Notes under the pieces: generated by a model
Databases searched by the model: none
Seen by the model: the letters and a program-made list of their open reading frames with translations, nothing else
Told to the model about the DNA's origin: nothing
Assembly (NCBI GenBank): GCA_963793265.1
Contig: CAWBZI010000004.1
Span: 640,001 to 704,000 of the forward strand
Length of the DNA: 64,000 nt
DNA from: an uncultured cyanobacterium
Lineage (GTDB): Bacteria; Cyanobacteriota; Cyanobacteriia; Phormidesmidales; Phormidesmidaceae
Reading direction: 5' to 3'
Shown: one piece after another, positions 59,350 through 64,000 of the stretch
Layout of the letters: each line of letters starts with the position of its first letter
How positions within the stretch are numbered: position 1 is the stretch's first letter
Translations under genes and position numbers: made by a program

Positions 59350-60138
59350 ATGTACTGGCAAGAAGTTTCGGGCAATTGGTTTTTGGTTCCAGAGCGGCCG
59401 CGCGGCATTATTCACTTTTTAGGCGGTGCCTTTGTCGCCGCCGCGCCGCACCTGACCTACCGCTGGCTGCTAGAGGCGCTGTATAACGAAGGCTATGCGG
59501 TAATTGCCACGCCGTTTGTCAATACGTTTGATCATAGTGCGATCGCACAAGAAACCCTAATCACCTTCGAGCAGGGCCTTACCTTCCTGGGCAAACAGCG
59601 CCCCGAGCTAAAAGATCTGCCCATTTATGGACTTGGGCACAGCATGGGCTGCAAAGTGCATTTACTCATTGGCAGTATGCATCGGCCTAACCGCGTCGGT
59701 AATATATTTGTCTCTTTTAATAACTACCCGGCTCGTAAGTCAATTCCGCTGCTAGAGCAAGCGATCGCTCAGGCCACTCAGTTCGCCCCCGACCTTAAGC
59801 TCGATACCCGCATGGAGTTTACGCCCAGCCCATCGCAGACCCTAGCGATGATCGAACAGAAGTACGAAACGCCTTATAACCTGCTTGTAAAATTCCGCAG
59901 CGACACCATCGACCAAACTCGCCCGCTCAGCGATGTGTTGATTAAGCGCTTTCCTAACACCACCACGATTAGAATCATCAAAGGCTCACACACGACTCCT
60001 ATTGCTCAAGACGTGCAGTGGGAAGCCAGCAGCTCTTTTAGCCCTTTTGATGCTGTTGGACAGTTCTTTAAGCAAGAGTTCTATCGAGACATCAAGGTGC
60101 TCAAATCAGAAATACTTTACTGGTTGGCAGGTGATTAA
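59350..60138 (+). CDS. DUF1350 family alpha/beta-hydrolase-fold protein
   Basis: IIHFLGGAFV, GLGHSMGCK, SFNN, DTIDQT, GSHTTP. Confidence 0.88.
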   Translation: MYWQEVSGNWFLVPERPRGIIHFLGGAFVAAAPHLTYRWLLEALYNEGYAVIATPFVNTFDHSAIAQETLITFEQGLTFLGKQRPELKDLPIYGLGHSMGCKVHLLIGSMHRPNRVGNIFVSFNNYPARKSIPLLEQAIAQATQFAPDLKLDTRMEFTPSPSQTLAMIEQKYETPYNLLVKFRSDTIDQTRPLSDVLIKRFPNTTTIRIIKGSHTTPIAQDVQWEASSSFSPFDAVGQFFKQEFYRDIKVLKSEILYWLAGD

Positions 60139-60159
60139 AAAACGGGCTTAAGCCAGCTA

Positions 60160-61506
60160 TCAGATCGCGGCTACGGCATCTTTGGGTTCAAAAAGCGCCG
60201 CTTTAGCCTCTGCCTGAGTGCACGGAATCGTGATGGTAAAGCAGGTGCCTTGGCCTAGTGCCGACCGGCAAACGATAGAGCCCCTGTGCTTTTCGACCAC
60301 GATTTGATAGCTGATAGAAAGGCCAAGCCCGGTGCCTTTACCCACTAGCTTAGTGGTGAAAAAGGGATCGAACAGCTTGGTTCTGGCCAGTTCAGTAATC
60401 CCTGGGCCATTGTCGGTGATAGAGATGCGTACCTGCTGATTGGCGTCTAGTTCAGTTTTAATTGTGATAGTTGCTGGCGTGCGATCGCCGCTCGCTGTAT
60501 CCGCCGCTATAGGTTGTTCTTCTAGTGCGTCTGCCGCATTCGCTATGATGTTCATAAACACCTGATTGAGCTGGCTAGGATAACATTCTACTTTTGGCAA
60601 ATCAGCATAGTCTCTCACCACTTTTATAGGCTGACCGTTGCCTGCGATACGAAGCTTGTGCTGCAAAATCAGCAGAGTGCTATCAATGCCATCGTGAATT
60701 TCAACCGATTTCATATCGGCTTCGTCTAGCCTTGAGAAATTGCGTAGCGACAGTACAATCTGGCGAATTCTGTCGGCTCCAAGCTTAAGTGATTCCAGCA
60801 GCTTGTAGGCATCTTCTGCAACAAAGGCTAAATCCAACTGTTCTAAGTGCTCTTTGAGTTCTACCGTGGGCTCAGGGTAGCATTCCTGATAGTGTTCTAC
60901 TAGCTCAATGAGATCTTTGAAGTAGTCTTGAGCGGGCTTGAGGTTGCCATAGATGAAGTTGACAGGGTTGTTGATTTCATGGGCAATACCTGCGACCATT
61001 TGACCCAAAGAAGACATTTTTTCGCTTTGAACAAGATGAACCTGGGTTTGCTTTAAGTTGTGCAGAGCCTCTGTGAGTTCGGCGGTGCGCTGCTGCACCC
61101 GCTGCTCTAGCTGGCGGTTCATTTGGTGCAGCCGAAGCTGCATGTCTACGCGGGCAACGACTTCTTCTTGTTGGAAGGGCTTGGTGATATAGTCAACTGC
61201 ACCGAGCTTAAGGCCGGTCACTTTATCGATGGTGTCTGAAAGGGCAGTCATGAAGATGACTGGAATCTCGGTGGTTTTGAGGTTAGCTTTGAGCTGGCGG
61301 CAGGTTTCAAACCCGTCGAGGCCAGGCATCATCACGTCGAGCAAAATGAGGTCGGGCTGGGCGTATTCCGCCTGTTCGATTGCCGTTTCGCCATCGGTTG
61401 CAAACAGAGTCGTCCAGCCCTGATTTTGAATAGACTCAGATAGAACAGATAGGTTAGTAGGAGTATCATCTACAAGCAGTATTCGGACTGGCTCTTGGTC
61501 GATCAT
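60160..61506 (-). CDS. Hybrid histidine kinase (REC-HisKA-HATPase)
   Basis: LVDD/LLDVMMP receiver, [24 protein letters not shown]. Confidence 0.92.
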   Translation of the reverse strand: MIDQEPVRILLVDDTPTNLSVLSESIQNQGWTTLFATDGETAIEQAEYAQPDLILLDVMMPGLDGFETCRQLKANLKTTEIPVIFMTALSDTIDKVTGLKLGAVDYITKPFQQEEVVARVDMQLRLHQMNRQLEQRVQQRTAELTEALHNLKQTQVHLVQSEKMSSLGQMVAGIAHEINNPVNFIYGNLKPAQDYFKDLIELVEHYQECYPEPTVELKEHLEQLDLAFVAEDAYKLLESLKLGADRIRQIVLSLRNFSRLDEADMKSVEIHDGIDSTLLILQHKLRIAGNGQPIKVVRDYADLPKVECYPSQLNQVFMNIIANAADALEEQPIAADTASGDRTPATITIKTELDANQQVRISITDNGPGITELARTKLFDPFFTTKLVGKGTGLGLSISYQIVVEKHRGSIVCRSALGQGTCFTITIPCTQAEAKAALFEPKDAVAAI

Positions 61507-64000
61507 GACTCCGAAAGGGTAAACGATTTAATATATTCTCGAATCTTTTTCGTCTGGAATTGACTTGCTAGCGTCCTTATTTTGGCAGTAAAGCCAGACA
61601 CGCTCGGATTCTCTATATCAAGTTGACTTAGAATGCCCGTGAGTCCGTTGAGATCTCCCATCATGGTGAGGTGGTAGAGCTGATCTAATACTTCTGGGCT
61701 AGGCGGTACAATGGCTGCTACAGCGTTGTTTTTGGGATGATCGGTGATGTCTTTTGTCCGATCTTGATGCGTTTCTATGGATTTGTGGCTGCTGGTGTAT
61801 GTCCACTCTAGCTGAAGAGATTTTTGTAAAGTATCTAGTAGCTGACTAGCTTCTATAGGTTTTGGCAGAAAGTAGTTTGCGCCTGCGGCCAGGCTACGGG
61901 CGCGATCGCTCTCAAAGACATGGGTACTAGCCACAATCACCGTCGTGTTTTGCGTTTCGAGGTGTGATCGCAACTGCGCAACGATTGCTACGCCATCACT
62001 TTCTCCGGTCATTAGCTCTGTAATCACTACGTCTGGGTGCTCCGCTATAGCTGTTTGCAGCCCCTCCGACTCACTGCCTGCCTCTAGCGTGATGAAGCCA
62101 ATAGGTGCTAGCAAATCAGAAATTGCCTGACGGCTAGTTTCGCGTTTATCTACGATTAGAACTTTGGGTTTGCGGTCTGCCTTTATGCCTGCGATGGTGG
62201 CTGATGCAGCGGTATCTGTAAGTGAATTACGGGGTCGAATCCAGCTTTGGGCGATCGCAAGTTCAGGCGCTAGTGAAAAAATGCTGCCCTCCCCAATCCG
62301 ACTGCTCACCTGCAAAGGACTGTTCATCATCTCAGCAATGCGCTGGCTAATAGCTAGGCCCAAGCCCGTTCCAGCAGCTTTTCTATCGGTTTCTCCTACC
62401 TGCTCAAAGGGTAAAAAGATTTTTTCTAGCTGAGCCGGGCTCATGCCCACGCCCGTATCTTCAATTTGAAAGCGAATTTTTTGAGTGGCTTTGCTGCCTG
62501 CTCTATCACCCGAAGGCGATATGGCTGATACCTTCAGCGTAACGCTGCCATTATCAGTGAATTTAATCGCGTTACCTAACAGATTGATTAAAACCTGGCG
62601 CAGTCTCTTTTCGTCTGCGTGAATGCCAGTGGGAAGCTTGTCTGAAAACTGGCAGTGAAACTCAATGCCTTTTTGCTCGGCTTTAATTTTGCAGATCTCA
62701 GCAACGCCTTCTAAAAACAACAACAAATCGAAGTCGTTGGGATAAAGCTCCAGCTTTCGCGCTTCAATTTTCGAGAGATCTAGAATATCGTTAATCAGCG
62801 TGAGTAGGTGGCTACCGCACTGGTGGATGATGCTGACACCTTTGATTTCTTTCGGGGTGAGGGTGGGCGATCGCTCCAAAATTTGCGCATAGCCCAAAAT
62901 GCCGTTCAGCGGCGTGCGTAACTCATGGCTCATATTAGCCAAAAACTCACTCTTTGCCTGATTGGCAGTATCCGCAGCTTGTTTTGCCTTCGCTAGCGAT
63001 TCAGTCCGCTCTTCAACCTTGGCCTCTAGCGTCCGTGAGTGGTCTACGAGCTGCTCATTGGCAGTCTCTAGCTGACCGTTAGCGTAGGCGAGCTGATGAT
63101 TAGTGTCTTTAAGCGTTTTTTGGCGATAGGCGTTTGTGGTGAGGAGTCCGCTAACAGCAAACGCCATTAAAGGCGGCACGACCGGCACTAACAGCCCTTG
63201 CAAAAAGCTACCGTAGGCTCCCAGCGCAAATAGCGCACTAACGCCAAGGCCCGTGCAAAACGCGCCGCGTAAAAAGCGAAACTGCTGGCGGCGCTGCTGC
63301 CGGTCGGCAATGATCCAGCTCCCGGCAGTGCCCAGTATCGTCCAGAGCGCAATCCAGCCGTTTTGCTGAATGGCTGAAAAACTGACCAGCCCGACTCGAC
63401 CGTGCAGGGCACTTTGCACAAGCTGGCTGGCAATGTTGGCATGGACAAACACGCCTGGCATCACGCGGCGACCGGAAACCTCCCAAGCGCCGCTATAGGG
63501 CGTCTCAAAAAAGTCGTTAGTGCTAGGAGCCGTAGAGCCGATGAGGACAATGCGATCGCGCATCAAATCATCTTTTACCTGTCCTGCAAGTACTTCCCCC
63601 ATCGACACCGACGTAAACGCCTCTATGCCCCCTCGCCAGTTAAGCAATATCTGGTAACCACCCAAATCTTCCTTAGCGTAGCCTGCCTCCTGACTACGCA
63701 GCGGAGAGTACTGAGCCTTGCCAAGCTGATAGATCTGCTGATCTGGGTCAATTGCTTCTAGACTAATCCCTTCCATTGCCAGATAGGCCAGGGCTGACTG
63801 CGTAGCCAGTCCTGCTTTAATGGCATCCTCAGACTGTTCATCTTTAGCCGTCAGCAGGCCGCGACGAATTTTGCGGTCGGCATCTAGCACCAAATCTGCA
63901 ATGCCCACTTGCCCCAATTCTGCCAGCGCAGGTGGCGGATCGACCCGGTTACCTGTAATTTTCTCGATACCGATTAGAGTAGGTGTAGACTGAAAAACTT
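61503..64000 (-). CDS. CHASE2-domain hybrid sensor kinase (5' end beyond the window)
   Basis: Frame is open to the window edge (..LIGIEKI..PPP.L.ELGQVG); DRIVLIG..D.F.TPY..MPGV.VHAN CHASE2 motifs, three TM segments, [14 protein letters not shown], atypical receiver. Confidence 0.9.
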   Translation of the reverse strand, partial: VFQSTPTLIGIEKITGNRVDPPPALAELGQVGIADLVLDADRKIRRGLLTAKDEQSEDAIKAGLATQSALAYLAMEGISLEAIDPDQQIYQLGKAQYSPLRSQEAGYAKEDLGGYQILLNWRGGIEAFTSVSMGEVLAGQVKDDLMRDRIVLIGSTAPSTNDFFETPYSGAWEVSGRRVMPGVFVHANIASQLVQSALHGRVGLVSFSAIQQNGWIALWTILGTAGSWIIADRQQRRQQFRFLRGAFCTGLGVSALFALGAYGSFLQGLLVPVVPPLMAFAVSGLLTTNAYRQKTLKDTNHQLAYANGQLETANEQLVDHSRTLEAKVEERTESLAKAKQAADTANQAKSEFLANMSHELRTPLNGILGYAQILERSPTLTPKEIKGVSIIHQCGSHLLTLINDILDLSKIEARKLELYPNDFDLLLFLEGVAEICKIKAEQKGIEFHCQFSDKLPTGIHADEKRLRQVLINLLGNAIKFTDNGSVTLKVSAISPSGDRAGSKATQKIRFQIEDTGVGMSPAQLEKIFLPFEQVGETDRKAAGTGLGLAISQRIAEMMNSPLQVSSRIGEGSIFSLAPELAIAQSWIRPRNSLTDTAASATIAGIKADRKPKVLIVDKRETSRQAISDLLAPIGFITLEAGSESEGLQTAIAEHPDVVITELMTGESDGVAIVAQLRSHLETQNTTVIVASTHVFESDRARSLAAGANYFLPKPIEASQLLDTLQKSLQLEWTYTSSHKSIETHQDRTKDITDHPKNNAVAAIVPPSPEVLDQLYHLTMMGDLNGLTGILSQLDIENPSVSGFTAKIRTLASQFQTKKIREYIKSFTLSES

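Larger units (their letters stand above)
2407..63560. repeat. HIP1 octamer GCGATCGC dispersed through the window
   Basis: Dozens of copies (e.g. 2407, 49056, 55072; overlapping doubles near 4789 and 55769); a hallmark of many cyanobacterial genomes. Confidence 0.95.

Noticed and set aside
958..63761. Many 60-130 aa ORFs antisense to or overlapping well-supported genes (e.g. 7194-7574, 20941-21261, 30594-30965, 40401-40796, 63402-63761)
   Set aside because: Shadow ORFs with no motifs, fully explained by the coding strand

Overview
A 64-kb, gene-dense stretch of a cyanobacterial chromosome. The HIP1 octamer GCGATCGC occurs throughout, and COP23, DUF1350, SLH, pentapeptide-repeat, PEP-CTERM and CHASE2 proteins are present; a Leptolyngbya/Phormidesmis-like filamentous host is my inference. 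Most of the window is ordinary: glcF, trpS, metF, tex, an S9 peptidase, araC-azlCD, two hybrid-kinase clusters and a CDF transporter. Three loci stand out. (1) 1-10.3 kb: a GDP-D-glycero-alpha-D-manno-heptose pathway (gmhA, fused hddC-gmhB, hddA) lies divergent from a tightly coupled operon of four glycosyltransferases, a secreted SH3 protein and an unusually long PaaK/CapK-like adenylate-forming enzyme. (2) 16.5-19.7 kb: a URC1/URC4/upp-type uracil-catabolism operon. (3) 49.7-53.7 kb: an AT-rich, HIP1-free island behind a truncated IS66. It encodes a 157-aa unknown protein and a 709-aa protein in which an uncharacterised region ending in an apparently inactivated PD-(D/E)XK-like motif is fused to a TIR domain that retains its catalytic Glu. 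This is the best candidate for an undescribed anti-phage system. The window also has four PIN-type toxin-antitoxin loci (one broken and joined to an uncalled small gene) and an Rpn pseudogene with a perfect hairpin at its frameshift. I saw no rRNA, tRNA or CRISPR array. All family assignments come from motif recognition by eye, not from database searches.
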